DNA of 64,000 nucleotides from IMG/VR virus record IMGVR_UViG_3300027986_000009, one strand, 5' to 3'. Source of the DNA: an uncultured virus (IMG/VR IMGVR_UViG_3300027986_000009) (taxonomy: Duplodnaviria > Heunggongvirae > Uroviricota > Caudoviricetes). Within the stretch, counting starts at the first letter, position 1. Every line of letters begins with the position of its first letter. The position numbers and the translations under genes are program-made. Of the stretch, positions 48,264-58,541 are shown piece after piece. The notes beneath the pieces were generated by a model, which did not search any database, was not told the DNA's origin, and saw only the letters and a program-made list of their open reading frames with translations.

Positions 48264-51252
48264 GTCCACCGCAAGTCTCCGCGAACCGGATCCTGTCCTT
48301 GTCCCAGCCCTGCTCGGTCGCCCACGCGCGTGGGTCGTCCCCGTCCATGGCGACCTTCTGGAGCGTTTTCCAGTCGTCCTTGGCCCTGGCCAGCTCCCCC
48401 GGACTGGCGGTCCTCTCCGAGCCCCACCCGCGCGCCTTCGCTCTCTTCTCGTGCAGTTCCGTTGCGTCTTTTCCGTTCTGAGCGGGTGTGGCGCGTGTGG
48501 CGGAAGCCTCCGCCACACGTTCTCCATTATCTTTTCCATGACTTAGGTCACGTGTGGCGCGTGTGGCGGACTCGGAATTCGCCACACCCCCGTGTGGCGC
48601 GTGTGGCGCGCCCACTAGGGGGGTACGGGGGGATTTTTGATCGCCCATCACACACATCTCCCGATCGGTAGACGGGTAGTGTCGGAGCGCCTTGGGGTTG
48701 ATGCGGTCCACTTTTATGTAAGAATTCTTCTCACAATAGAAGACAGCCTCCTCGGTTCTCTCCCGGCTACAACCGCCCAGCTCGTCAGTCATGCGCGTTC
48801 GGAGGTCCCTGGTCCCAATCCCAGGCGTCTGGGTGATGATGCGAAGGCACACATCCCGGTCCCTCGCACGCTGTTGCTCTCTGGCGCTCAGGGTTGCGTT
48901 CTTCTTCTGGGTGGTGGCCTCTTCTTCCTGCCGGCGCTCCTCCTCCTTCTGGAGCTTCTTTTGCTCCTTGACACGGCTCGTCTTTTCGATCTCGGTCATG
49001 ACGGAGGAGCCCCCGTCACGGGACGGCTCGTATCGGTACCCGGTGAAGTGCATCGGACTCCACCTCGCCCCCGTAGCTCGCCCTTTGGCGGTCGCGAAGA
49101 CGACGCTGTCACCAACTCCCTCGACGAACGTGCCCGGGACCCGAGACAAGACGCTGACGCTGTCCGCGCTGTACTCGATCTCGCCGCTCTCCTTGCCGAG
49201 ACCCACGAGCGCATCGGGGCTTGTGATGCGACGGTCGACGATTTCTTTTCCGTTGAAGCTTCCTTGAAGCTCGGCGCTGAGCATCATCGGCCAGAGGCCG
49301 TACTTGTCTCGCGCGATCGAGGCGACAATGAGGATAGAGATGTTGAAGCTCGTCGCTGCTTCACGCAAAGCGTACGCCGCTCGCCCGATGCGCTCGCGCA
49401 GATCGAGCGTCTTGTACTTACCGTCTTCGCTCTCCTCGGGTCCTACGATTTGCAGGTAATCGAGAACGATCAGGAGCGGCCTGGATCCAGGGCCGTTCTG
49501 CTCTGGGTACTTCTCGCGCATCGCAGTCGCGAGCAGACGGATCTTGCTCGCGGGCCAGCTCATGGGGTTTCGGTTGATGGGATGCAGCGGTAGGTTCTTC
49601 TGGATGATCTCGAGAGCGGCTCCACGCGCGTACGCGAGAGTTTTTTCGTCGGCCTGACCGGTGTAGAGATCGCTCCATTTTGCCTTGGCATGCTCGGCGA
49701 CGACGCGCAGATCGAACTGCAAGTCGTCCATCTCGAGACCCACGTACGCAACCGGTACATCCTGCTCGGCGGAGTGCTTGCACACCTGAAGGACGAGCGC
49801 TGTTTTACCGCTGCCCGTCGTGGAGCAAATGACGTGCAATCCTGGCCACAAGCCGCCGCCGAAATGAGGATTGAGTAAGTCCCACGGCAGAGGAACCGGT
49901 GTCTCTACGCCGTTCGCGCGACGTTCAGCACGGATCACCGAATCGGCGAGACGCTCTCCGAGCGGCGGAAGCCACTCTTCTGAGTACGATTTTTCAGGAG
50001 CCGGAGGCGAAGGCGCAGGTAAGTTGAGGTTGAAGCGGTCGCTGATTTCGCTGACGGCTTCTCGAGGCGCAACACGATGCACCTCCGCCACGAGATCCAC
50101 GTTGGATCGGAAACCGTTCCGACCTCGGTCCTTACATCGGTTGTGGTGGCACTTGAGACCGCGGTTCAGAACCGCTACGCCGCTCGTCTCGCCGCAGCCA
50201 GGGCAGACGATCTCACCGCCTGCGTTGTAGAGTCCAAGCCACTCGACCACGGTCTGCGGGTCGACGGCGTTGACGATGTCGAACGGCGATCCGGGGTTGC
50301 GTGGCGCCGTCAGGACGTTGGTGGTCGATCGAGGCCGAATCCCGAAGGAACTCTCGATGGCGGTGCGACCGTTGGCGTCTGCGGCATCCCAGAGGGTACG
50401 TGCAAGCTCGATGATCTTCTCGAGAGGGACACGCGTCGGGTTTTCTGGAGTGACAATCGCCGTCCTTCGATGCGGCCTCTCCGCCGAGTCGCCCGTCCCC
50501 TTCTTCTTCAGCGTCCCGCACGCCGGCAAAATCCTCTTGGCATCGAAGAGCTTCTCGTCGACCGAGACCTCGGCGGTGTTGAAGAGGTGCGCCAGGCCCG
50601 TCAAGAGGCCCGCGAGCGCGTTTTTCGAAACGTCGTCGGCCGGGATGGCGTCGAGCGCGATGTGAATCTGCCGACCGTTGCCCGAGTGCAGGTATGCGAG
50701 CGACGACTCGCCGAGGTGATGTGCGAGGTAGTTCCAGGCGTTGCCTGCGACGCGCACCGAGCGCTGCATCTCCTCTTCGGTGGCCGACGTCGCCGAGGGT
50801 CGCTTGACGTCGAAGTCGACGGCGAGAATGAGGCGTGCCTCGACGTCGGAGTCCGTCGTGCCGTGACTCTTGGGGATGTCGTACCAGCGCCCGGGGGACG
50901 CGTGGCGCGTCTCGACCCCCGCGCGGAGGCGCGCCGGCATGAGGTAGATGCCGTGCGCGAGCCATTGGTCGGCGTCCGCGCAGAGCGCGACGGCTTCGTC
51001 GGCGTTGCGGGCGTGCGCCGCCTTGGAGCGGTCGTAGGCGTCGTTGGCGTAGCGTTTGACGCCGAGCGCCTGAAACTCGAAGATCGCTTCGGGGCCGACG
51101 AAGGCGAGCTGTCGACGCAGATTCGCCGAGAGGCCTTCGGCCTGGGCTATGAGGAGACGCTCTTCGAGCGAGGACGTCTCTGATTTTTTTTGGGCAACGA
51201 GCTCCCAGAATTGCTGAGGAGGAAGGGGCTCGAAGCCGTCGGGGGACATCAT
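48256..51252 (-). CDS. AEP-type primase + Zn finger + DnaB-like helicase fusion
   Basis: VDFD, HSGNGRQIH, FDAKR; CPGC..CHHNRC; TTGSGKT, GLEMD, VLDYLQ, ESGEIEYSAD. Confidence 0.9.
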   Translation of the reverse strand: MMSPDGFEPLPPQQFWELVAQKKSETSSLEERLLIAQAEGLSANLRRQLAFVGPEAIFEFQALGVKRYANDAYDRSKAAHARNADEAVALCADADQWLAHGIYLMPARLRAGVETRHASPGRWYDIPKSHGTTDSDVEARLILAVDFDVKRPSATSATEEEMQRSVRVAGNAWNYLAHHLGESSLAYLHSGNGRQIHIALDAIPADDVSKNALAGLLTGLAHLFNTAEVSVDEKLFDAKRILPACGTLKKKGTGDSAERPHRRTAIVTPENPTRVPLEKIIELARTLWDAADANGRTAIESSFGIRPRSTTNVLTAPRNPGSPFDIVNAVDPQTVVEWLGLYNAGGEIVCPGCGETSGVAVLNRGLKCHHNRCKDRGRNGFRSNVDLVAEVHRVAPREAVSEISDRFNLNLPAPSPPAPEKSYSEEWLPPLGERLADSVIRAERRANGVETPVPLPWDLLNPHFGGGLWPGLHVICSTTGSGKTALVLQVCKHSAEQDVPVAYVGLEMDDLQFDLRVVAEHAKAKWSDLYTGQADEKTLAYARGAALEIIQKNLPLHPINRNPMSWPASKIRLLATAMREKYPEQNGPGSRPLLIVLDYLQIVGPEESEDGKYKTLDLRERIGRAAYALREAATSFNISILIVASIARDKYGLWPMMLSAELQGSFNGKEIVDRRITSPDALVGLGKESGEIEYSADSVSVLSRVPGTFVEGVGDSVVFATAKGRATGARWSPMHFTGYRYEPSRDGGSSVMTEIEKTSRVKEQKKLQKEEERRQEEEATTQKKNATLSAREQQRARDRDVCLRIITQTPGIGTRDLRTRMTDELGGCSRERTEEAVFYCEKNSYIKVDRINPKALRHYPSTDREMCVMGDQKSPRTPLVGAPHAPHGGVANSESATRATRDLSHGKDNGERVAEASATRATPAQNGKDATELHEKRAKARGWGSERTASPGELARAKDDWKTLQKVAMDGDDPRAWATEQGWDKDRIRFAETCGGPT
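48486..48608. repeat. Iteron-like GTGTGGCG repeats, candidate replication origin
   Basis: Three GTGTGGCGCGTGTGGCG doublets (48486, 48552, 48592) plus two inverted CGCCACAC (48511, 48580). Confidence 0.8.
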
Positions 51253-51833
51253 ACAGATCTCCGAGAACGTTTACGCCATCGAATACGTTGGCGGCATTCT
51301 TTGCATCGAGATCCGCCAGCTTCCGGCTCCGCCATACCGCACGCTAAACACAATCCAGACCGTCTTCTAAAATCTCTTCGTCTGGCTTCACGCTCTCTTG
51401 CCTTAGGCAACCTTATCGATCGATGCAGAGCGCAGTATCCTCCGATCGCGTCCGGAGCGCCGCAGCTTTCACATAGACCCAGAGATCGTCGCTCTGCGCG
51501 TATATTTTTGACACGGTCTCCAGTTTTTTTTATGCAACCCTTCTCACATGGTTCTGGTTTCCCGCAAAAAATACAGAGACCCGCGTCACGACGACGAGAT
51601 CGGGCTAGATTGGTTCTCTCTCGATGCTTCTCTAGACATGCGTCGCATCGGTGAACCAACGATGGTCTGCCACACACTGGACACGGCTGCGGTTCTTCTG
51701 CGTCGCGAATAAGTCTTTGCTCTTCGAGCTGCTCTTCAAATGTTATCGGTCTGATTAGGTCTATAAATCCACGGTCGGATCCTCTCGCAATAAGGACAGC
51801 GAATGAGGTGGCCACAGGGCGTACGGGCATCAC
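51249..51833 (-). CDS. Multi-Zn-ribbon protein
   Basis: CPVCG and three GLC..CG units. Confidence 0.75.
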   Translation of the reverse strand: MMPVRPVATSFAVLIARGSDRGFIDLIRPITFEEQLEEQRLIRDAEEPQPCPVCGRPSLVHRCDACLEKHRERTNLARSRRRDAGLCIFCGKPEPCEKGCIKKTGDRVKNIRAERRSLGLCESCGAPDAIGGYCALHRSIRLPKAREREARRRDFRRRSGLCLACGMAEPEAGGSRCKECRQRIRWRKRSRRSV

Positions 51834-52339
51834 CGTGCGAGGGCTCCCAGCACGAGCACCTCACGACGACGCGCGAGCTGGTGGCCTTTGGCGCAGGAGC
51901 CGCTGACTAGCTCCGCCATCCGCTCGGACTCCGGGAGAGAGGCGCAGTCCGATTCGCTCTGCAGAGCCAGACGAAGCCACACACGCGCGGCTTGGTCTGG
52001 ATCGCAGGCTACTTTTTCGGGGACACCACCGACTTGCCACGGCCCGAGCGACTTGCCGCCATCGCCCTCAGCGCACGGATCGAGCTGAAGGCCGCTTTCG
52101 TGTACCGCGTAGACCACCATCCGCGCCGCCCACTCCCGCGTCGGCGCCGTACGGACGATCGCTCGCGCGACTGCGGGTGCACCCTGTTTTTTGTCCCATC
52201 GGTAGGCAGCGGAACGAGGGTCACCGGGACGACCCGGTACCGTCGACATCATCCGAAGAACCTCGGTCTCGGTTACCGGAGACTCTTCGGCGGCGACGAG
52301 CGTGGGCCACAGAAAAATAAATATAAAAACGATTTTCAT
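51830..52339 (-). CDS. Secreted lysozyme/SLT-like protein
   Basis: Signal peptide; VHESGL..GDGGKSLGPWQV. Confidence 0.65.
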   Translation of the reverse strand: MKIVFIFIFLWPTLVAAEESPVTETEVLRMMSTVPGRPGDPRSAAYRWDKKQGAPAVARAIVRTAPTREWAARMVVYAVHESGLQLDPCAEGDGGKSLGPWQVGGVPEKVACDPDQAARVWLRLALQSESDCASLPESERMAELVSGSCAKGHQLARRREVLVLGALAR

Positions 52340-52719
52340 GGGCTATCTCCTAGGTCGATTCCAAGAGAATCCGCTGCGACGCGCCAGAGTCGAGCCCGAG
52401 CCCAGTCGCACGGCCTCTTGAAGCAGGGTCTGGCTCCGGTCTGCAGAAAGTTTTTGTATTTCTGCAAGGTTTTGACGCGAACGCGACGCGCCGTCTGCCT
52501 CTTTTCGAAGCTACGGTCTTCGCGTCGGTTGACATAGTGGCGACATCGAGAAGAGTCGCAGTCGTGACATTTTCTCTGGACTCCCATTTCCTTCACGGGC
52601 ACCCAGTGCCAGGTGGTGCGCACGAGAGGACGGTGGGCGAGCTGTGCGGCGCTGGCGAAGGTGAGGACGACACCGACGCGGAGCTCGTAGGGATCGAAAC
52701 TCACGACGGCACCGCGCAT
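52336..52719 (-). CDS. Hypothetical basic protein (start approximate)
   Basis: ORF in operon. Confidence 0.45.
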   Translation of the reverse strand: MRGAVVSFDPYELRVGVVLTFASAAQLAHRPLVRTTWHWVPVKEMGVQRKCHDCDSSRCRHYVNRREDRSFEKRQTARRVRVKTLQKYKNFLQTGARPCFKRPCDWARARLWRVAADSLGIDLGDSP

Positions 52720-52760
52720 AAAAAACCCCCGGTCAGCGCGGCGAAGCAACTGCCGGGGGT
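52720..52760 (-). terminator. Intrinsic terminator
   Basis: CCCCCGG...CCGGGGG followed by TTTTTT. Confidence 0.7.
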
Positions 52761-52819
52761 GCGCAGTCCGCCCAGGAATTCCTGGAGGATCTTGAAGTTC
52801 AGGCTAACTGTAAAAGCCA

Positions 52820-53059
52820 TCACTGTCGAGCCTCGAGTGCACGGACCCAAAGAGGGCGTGAATCGACGGACGGCAGGCTCGCCAGCGTCTCCCTGAGACG
52901 CCGCTCTTGTTGTGCGCAACGCATGCAGAAGCCCGGGTTGCGGGCGTACGAGAAGTTGCAGACGATCTCTCGCGGCTGACGGCAGATCGGACACGTAATC
53001 CGGTAGGTTTTGCATCCCTTGCGGTTGCGACGAGGGGCGACAACGATGGGGCAGGTCAT
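52820..53059 (-). CDS. Zn-ribbon protein
   Basis: RBS GGAG; CPIC..CMRC. Confidence 0.6.
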   Translation of the reverse strand: MTCPIVVAPRRNRKGCKTYRITCPICRQPREIVCNFSYARNPGFCMRCAQQERRLRETLASLPSVDSRPLWVRALEARQ

Positions 53060-53162
53060 CGTCGGGTCTCCAGCGCTCTAACCCAGAGCGGACGGGAGTC
53101 GACCTTCGGAAGCTTCGCCAGCCGCTGGCGCTCGGCCTCCTCGATAAGTGAATTGGGCAGGT

Positions 53163-53509
53163 TCACGGTTTCGCCTCCGGCTGAACCCCAAACACTCGCT
53201 CCTCGGTCGGCGAGAAGACGATCTTCCCCGCATCGTCCTCAACGGCGTGGCCGGTCGCGAGGTGGTGGGCGCGGGCGCAGAACCAGGTGCAGAAAGGGAC
53301 TTTGATCGGGAAGACGCCGTTGACGGAGACGGTCCCACCAGCCTGCGCCACTAACTCCGCATGCTTACGGTCAGAATTTCGAATCTTCTCGACCTCGCTC
53401 TTCGTTGGTTTCCTGCCCAACTTCGCCGCGAGCGCCTCTTCCAGCGTCACATCGTCCCAGCTCCAGAAACGAAAGGCCGTCCGCCTCCCGCAACGGTGAC
53501 ATGCATCCA
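53163..53509 (-). CDS. Zn-binding hypothetical protein (start approximate)
   Basis: MDACHRCG...FCTWFC. Confidence 0.55.
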
Positions 53510-53532
53510 TACCTTCGCCGCCTTTTTTTTTT

Positions 53533-53548
53533 GCTCTTGCGCAAGAGC
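53533..53548. promoter_or_regulatory. Perfect 16-bp palindrome at divergent promoter
   Basis: GCTCTTGCGCAAGAGC next to a T10 tract. Confidence 0.7.
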
Positions 53549-53566
53549 GCAGGGGGAGTAAGTTAC

Positions 53567-53737
53567 ATGCAACGAATGGCATCGGCAAGCGAAAGAATGG
53601 CGAGGTTCCGTCGGAGGCGGCCTCCGTTCACCTTCCACATGGAGCCCACCTTGCGAAAGAAGCTCGACAAGCTCGCCAAGAAGTGGAAGACGACGAAGGC
53701 GGGGGCGCTCGGAAGGCTCATCGAGGAGGCGGCATGA
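53567..53737 (+). CDS. RHH regulator
   Basis: FTFHMEPTLRKKLDKLAKKWKTTKAGALGRLIEE. Confidence 0.7.
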   Translation: MQRMASASERMARFRRRRPPFTFHMEPTLRKKLDKLAKKWKTTKAGALGRLIEEAA

Positions 53738-53891
53738 CGGATCGAGCCACTTGCCTCTGCGTCCAAGAGGAACATCCAGGCAAGCAGGATGTGGGCTACC
53801 ACACACCCGAGACCTACGTGAAGACGGGCGAAACCGTCTGTCGCATTTGTTGCGGCTCCGGAGTGAGTCCCAGAGCAAAGCAAGATGAGCG

Positions 53892-54083
53892 ATGAGTCTC
53901 TCCACCGAAGAACAACGCGCTCTCCGCCGCCTCGTCCGCGCCCTCGAAGACCTCAACGATCTCGGCGCCGAGTCGGTGGGCCGCATCGCCGACCACGTAG
54001 GCAAGCACGGTGTCGAAGATTCGGCGGTGCTGGACGCCTTAGCGGTTGAGTGTCTGCGTGTCGTCGTGGATTCGTTCCGATGA
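53892..54083 (+). CDS. Hypothetical protein
   Basis: Coupled ORF. Confidence 0.55.
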   Translation: MSLSTEEQRALRRLVRALEDLNDLGAESVGRIADHVGKHGVEDSAVLDALAVECLRVVVDSFR

Positions 54084-54367
54084 ATAAGTGTCCTCGCTGC
54101 GGCTATGTCGACCGACCTCCCGACGATCCCATGCGGACCGTACGCGTCAGCAAGCTCGAGATGCAGGCTCTCATCGAGAGCGAGACGGCCAGACCGAGCG
54201 AGCCGCCGACGGTACCCGACAAAAGGCGCGAACTCATCGAGTCGACGGACACGGATCCCGAAATCACGACCGGAACGGAACGGCTCCACATAGCGATCGG
54301 TGTCGTGATCACGGTCGCAGTTGTGGTGTTTGGAATTTTTATTGCTTGGACTGTGAGTTGGAGATAG
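54080..54367 (+). CDS. Membrane protein with N-terminal CPRC
   Basis: C-terminal TM. Confidence 0.6.
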   Translation: MNKCPRCGYVDRPPDDPMRTVRVSKLEMQALIESETARPSEPPTVPDKRRELIESTDTDPEITTGTERLHIAIGVVITVAVVVFGIFIAWTVSWR

Positions 54368-54369
54368 GT

Positions 54370-54651
54370 ATGCCGGTCGACGATCTCGAACGCCACGGCC
54401 GCAGTTCGCTGCTGGACATCATCCGGTCGCAGCGACTCGAGATTGCCAGGCACGAGCGCGACTTCAACGAGCAGGCTAAGACGCTGCGGATCGTGCAGGC
54501 GCGGTGCACGGAGCTCTTGCTCGAGAACCGAGAGCTGCGGGCAAACGACCTGCTACCGCACTGGACATGCGCGAGCTGCGGGGCGTTCAACGGCGAAGCG
54601 AAGGAGAAACTCTCGGCGTGTCGGTGTTGCGGCACTGCATGCGCGCGCTAA
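54370..54651 (+). CDS. Coiled-coil plus RanBP2-like Zn finger
   Basis: WTCASCGAFN...CRCCG. Confidence 0.6.
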   Translation: MPVDDLERHGRSSLLDIIRSQRLEIARHERDFNEQAKTLRIVQARCTELLLENRELRANDLLPHWTCASCGAFNGEAKEKLSACRCCGTACAR

Positions 54652-54765
54652 TGCTCAGGTGTCAATGTTGCGGCTTCCGGAGCCGGCAACATCGATTCTT
54701 TCGGCAATGGGCTAGCGGTTGGGTCTGTCTATCGACCGCGGCGTGCGCGCGCCGCAAACGCAGGA

Positions 54766-55002
54766 TCACCGCTTTGCTGTTCGTCTCTCGAGCTTGCGAA
54801 CCTTCTCCGTGAGTTCCCTATTCGCCCTTGTCAGCAAAACGATCTCGTGATCGCGCTGACCTAGCAAATCACGTAGCTCCATCCCTTCACACAACCGTTT
54901 CGCCTCGATCTCTTCGCAGCGGCGCTGCCACTCGTTCACCGCGCCTGCGAATCCGTCCCTCTGTAGGGTGAGCTGCTCTATGGCTGTCGCGAGCCCGATC
55001 AT
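54766..55002 (-). CDS. Coiled-coil protein
   Basis: Leaderless-type TAAGCT-N6-ATG. Confidence 0.55.
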   Translation of the reverse strand: MIGLATAIEQLTLQRDGFAGAVNEWQRRCEEIEAKRLCEGMELRDLLGQRDHEIVLLTRANRELTEKVRKLERRTAKR

Positions 55003-55037
55003 GCTGCAAGCTTACGCTTTCCAGGCTAAAAAAGCTC

Positions 55038-55361
55038 ATGGACGAAGCCGCTTTGCACGCGATGCTGCGGGAGTACCTCGAAGGGGACGCGCGCAAAGAG
55101 AACCGCGAGCTCCGTAGGGATCTCTCCACGCTCGCTGAGCGCATCGCGCGCCTGGAGGCCCTACAGGGCGTGCAGCAGCAGGAGCTCACCGACACGCAAC
55201 GTCTTCGATTGCCTCCGCCAGGTTGGGCACCCCCTTCGGCGCCACCTCGGAAGAACAGTCATTCCGCTTTCCCTAGAATTGTCGCCCACTTGCTCGATCC
55301 GAAGGTGCTTGTTCTGATCGGTGGACTCATCGGCTGGCTCTCCCACCACTTCGTCAAGTAG
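55038..55361 (+). CDS. Coiled-coil membrane protein (lysis-associated?)
   Basis: Coiled coil plus C-terminal TM. Confidence 0.6.
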   Translation: MDEAALHAMLREYLEGDARKENRELRRDLSTLAERIARLEALQGVQQQELTDTQRLRLPPPGWAPPSAPPRKNSHSAFPRIVAHLLDPKVLVLIGGLIGWLSHHFVK

Positions 55362-55520
55362 ACTTCCGGCATGGCCGCTGCACGCAAGAACATCGTTCCG
55401 CTCGATCCGTCCACCGTTCCGTTGCCCCAGTCGATGGGCTTCGTTCGAAGCGTCGTCGTGCGGCGGCGGGCCGAAAAACAGAAGAAGCAGCGTCGGAACC
55501 CCTCCTGAGGTAGCCTTCAG

Positions 55521-56156
55521 GTGATGGCCGGCGTCGCTCGCGAGTGCCCCATCCTCATCGGCGCACGGCCGGCGTGGGGGGTCGATTGCCTCTCGCCTAT
55601 GTCCGCGTCGACAGCGAAAGCTTTCGCCGACGCCGGATGCGTCTACGTCGGTCGCTACATCGAGAATCTGACGACGACGGAGCGCGATGGGATCTGGGAC
55701 GCGGGCCTGGGCATCTGGTGCCTCACCGAGGCCCTGAGCGGTCCCCTGAGCGCGTCGGCAGGCGACGCTCATGCGTCGGCAGTCGCCTCGAAGGCGATGA
55801 ATCTGGGGGTGCCTCCACGGGTTCACCAGACGGCCGATCTCGAGGCCGCTCAAGGCGCTCCCGACGACGTCTACGCGTGCATGGACCACTTCAGCGCGGG
55901 CCTGGTACACGGCGGCTGGCAGTGCGCGCTCTACGTCGGGGCGTGGCCGGTTCTGTCCGCGGTTCAGATCTATGATCTGCCGAACGTGAACTTCTACATC
56001 CACGCGGGGAGCACGGGGCTCCCCGAGCCGATCGTGGGCTACGGGATGTGGCAGATCCCGCCGCTCGATCGCGTCGTACTCGGCCAGCGCGTGGACTACT
56101 CCACCGTGGGGCGCGACGGCCGTGGGCGCGGACCGACGATGTGGTGGGCGGCGTGA
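55521..56156 (+). CDS. DUF1906/GH25-like glycoside hydrolase, putative endolysin
   Basis: GVDC...G..YVGRY...LT..E, ADLE, ALYVG, MWQ..VD. Confidence 0.75.
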   Translation: MMAGVARECPILIGARPAWGVDCLSPMSASTAKAFADAGCVYVGRYIENLTTTERDGIWDAGLGIWCLTEALSGPLSASAGDAHASAVASKAMNLGVPPRVHQTADLEAAQGAPDDVYACMDHFSAGLVHGGWQCALYVGAWPVLSAVQIYDLPNVNFYIHAGSTGLPEPIVGYGMWQIPPLDRVVLGQRVDYSTVGRDGRGRGPTMWWAA

Positions 56157-56428
56157 TGGCGGCTTCGGGCGGCGAGTGGGACGCGACGTGGCCGGGCGCA
56201 GAGCCTGCGGCGAAGGAGACTCCGATGGAGGCCGAGCATGAAACCCCCACCGAGTCGCCCGAGGCCCGGCGCCGGCTTGCTTCGTCATTCGACAGCCTCG
56301 TCGAGAGCAACCTGAAGCTGACGAGCGCGGTCGATGGTTTGGTGGGGGTCCTGCAAAGCCAAATGCGCTACCAGACCATCGCCGTCGGGTTGATGGCCGT
56401 CATGTTCGCGCTCGCTATGCTACGCTAG
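56156..56428 (+). CDS. Small membrane protein
   Basis: C-terminal TM; coupled to upstream stop. Confidence 0.55.
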   Translation: MAASGGEWDATWPGAEPAAKETPMEAEHETPTESPEARRRLASSFDSLVESNLKLTSAVDGLVGVLQSQMRYQTIAVGLMAVMFALAMLR

Positions 56429-56433
56429 AGGCA

Positions 56434-57276
56434 ATGAACATCCTCGTGACCGGCGGCGCCGGCTACATCGGCGGATACGTCGTTCGAAAGTTGCGCGCGG
56501 AAGGCCACGACGTTGTTGTTGTGGACGATCTGTCGAACTCGACAGAGCGAACATTCGATTTGGTGTACCGAAGCTGCGACAACGTCCGGGATGAAGTCGA
56601 TGTGCTCATCCATCTCGCCGGCAGCATTTGCGTCGGCGGCGATCCGCGAGAACTATGGGATAACAACGTCGGTGTTGCGATCGGAATGCTTCGAAATGTG
56701 AAGGCGAAGAAGGTAATTGTTGCGTCGAGCGCTGCAGTCTACGAAGGCAGCCCGCACGATCTCTGCGAGGAGCACCTCACCATCCCGGAGAGCGTCTACG
56801 GACGTACCAAGCTTGCTCTCGAGCAACTTGTATCGGATCTGCACCCGGGCGCAGTCGCGCTACGTCTCTTCAACGTCGCTGGCGGACGCGAACGTCACAA
56901 GCGCGAGACCCACATCTTGCCGCTCGCTTTGCGAGCGACGGAAGAGAAACCTCTTACGCTTCACGGAAACGTTCTTTCGATGATGCGCGACTTCGTGCAC
57001 GTCGAGGACGTCGCCAACGCATTCGTCCAGGCAATAGAGTGGCCTGCGGGGGCTTACAACATCGGCACTGGTTTCCAGACGAGTGTGCGAGAGCTCCTGC
57101 GCTGCATCGAAACCGTTGCGGGGCCACATTGCATGACTTCCGGGCCGGCCCGAGAGGGCGACGCCTTCAGGCTCGTCGCCAACATCGAGAAGGCGCAAGC
57201 CCGAGGCTGGCAGCCGAAGCACGACCTCGAGTCCATCGTCCGAAGCGCCTGGGAAAACGAGAAGCCTCAGGTGTAG
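56434..57276 (+). CDS. NAD-dependent sugar epimerase (GalE-like)
   Basis: ILVTGGAGYIG, SSAAVY, YGRTK, LRLFNVAG, RDFVHVED. Confidence 0.92.
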   Translation: MNILVTGGAGYIGGYVVRKLRAEGHDVVVVDDLSNSTERTFDLVYRSCDNVRDEVDVLIHLAGSICVGGDPRELWDNNVGVAIGMLRNVKAKKVIVASSAAVYEGSPHDLCEEHLTIPESVYGRTKLALEQLVSDLHPGAVALRLFNVAGGRERHKRETHILPLALRATEEKPLTLHGNVLSMMRDFVHVEDVANAFVQAIEWPAGAYNIGTGFQTSVRELLRCIETVAGPHCMTSGPAREGDAFRLVANIEKAQARGWQPKHDLESIVRSAWENEKPQV

Positions 57277-58541
57277 GTGAACCCAGCACCGAGAATGGCG
57301 CCCCCGTTGGGTCCCACCACCGACGCGAGCCCGTTCCCTGTCGCCGCACCGATCGCCACTCCCGTCGTCGCTACGATCGAGGTGTCGCTGTTGATGGCGA
57401 ACGTCGCGGCCGGGACTCCACCCAGAACGACCTGGTAGGCCTTGGTGAAGCGCGTTCCCGTGAGGGTCACCGAGGTCCCGCCCGTGTGGCTTCCGCTTGA
57501 CGTCGAGAGACTTGTCAGCGTCGTCTGCGATTGGTTGAGTAGCGCCGCTGCCGCTAGATGGCCGGCGTTGAAGCACTGGCCGAAGTAGCTTGGGTGCGTA
57601 CCGTCGACATAGAGGACCGTGTTGGAAGCCGCCGCCAGGGGCCCCATCACCGGATCGCCTCCCATGTCGATGAGGTAGTTGATCCCGATCGATCCAAAGT
57701 TCGCGCGCAGCCACGTGTTGTAGGCGAGCCTCTGGGTCTCGAACCCTGACGTCGTACGAGGCCAGAGAGTCCAACCGATGACGATGTCCGCCCCATGCGC
57801 GACCACATCGCTTACGTACGTGGTGATCCGGCTCTCCACGTCTGAAGCGGTGCCACCCGCCGTGATGTCGTTGCCGCCCCCCGCAATCGAGACGTAGGCG
57901 AGCTGGCCAGCGGCGTGAGCTGAGGTGATGTTGGGGTACACGTTTGTCGGCAGATTGGTGATCATCTGCGCGAGCGTTTCGCCGTTCGTGGCGACGTTGA
58001 TGAAGCTGTTGCCGGGAGGGAAGTTGAGCGAAGCGAGGTACGGGTAGCTCGTCACCGGCGAAGTGTTGAAGCCGACCGTGATCGAGTCGCCGTCGGTGAT
58101 GAGTAGGAAGGTGGTTTCTCCCCAGACAGACGGCGTCGGAACCGTTCCAAAATTGAAGGCCGCCGAGGCGAAGTAGTTGGTGCCGTTCCAGTAGAGGTTG
58201 ACACAGTCCTCCGCGCCGGGCGTCTTCGAGAGAGTCGGCGGGACACTCCCCTGCCACTTGATGCCCGCGGGCCAAGTCACCGTTCTAGAGCCGGTGCCGT
58301 CCTGGACGAGGCGAAGCGTTGCGATGCAGACCCCGCTCGGGTTGCTCCCGAAGCTGAGCGTGCAGTTGGCGGTCAGCGTGATGGACTGCTGCTGCGCGAT
58401 GGACCACTGAATCGTAGCGGAAGCACCGCTATTTCCGTTGGAGAACTCCTGGTTTCCGGTCATCGTCTTCGCCGAGAGAACATTCAAATTCCCAGCGTTG
58501 AGATCCTCCGTCAGTCCGTTGAGGCGAAGGAATCGGTTCAC
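57267..58541 (-). CDS. Fibre-knob domain + SGNH/GDSL esterase + IPT/TIG domain
   Basis: GDSIT, GGGND, DGTHP; SSGSHTGGTSVTLTG. Confidence 0.9.
   Translation of the reverse strand: MNRFLRLNGLTEDLNAGNLNVLSAKTMTGNQEFSNGNSGASATIQWSIAQQQSITLTANCTLSFGSNPSGVCIATLRLVQDGTGSRTVTWPAGIKWQGSVPPTLSKTPGAEDCVNLYWNGTNYFASAAFNFGTVPTPSVWGETTFLLITDGDSITVGFNTSPVTSYPYLASLNFPPGNSFINVATNGETLAQMITNLPTNVYPNITSAHAAGQLAYVSIAGGGNDITAGGTASDVESRITTYVSDVVAHGADIVIGWTLWPRTTSGFETQRLAYNTWLRANFGSIGINYLIDMGGDPVMGPLAAASNTVLYVDGTHPSYFGQCFNAGHLAAAALLNQSQTTLTSLSTSSGSHTGGTSVTLTGTRFTKAYQVVLGGVPAATFAINSDTSIVATTGVAIGAATGNGLASVVGPNGGAILGAGFTYT

Noticed and set aside
52772..52785. Palindrome CCAGGAATTCCTGG upstream of a terminator as ncRNA
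   Set aside because: Isolated; no further recognisable structure.
53523..53532. T10 tract as phase-variation switch
   Set aside because: Cannot be supported without read-level length variation.
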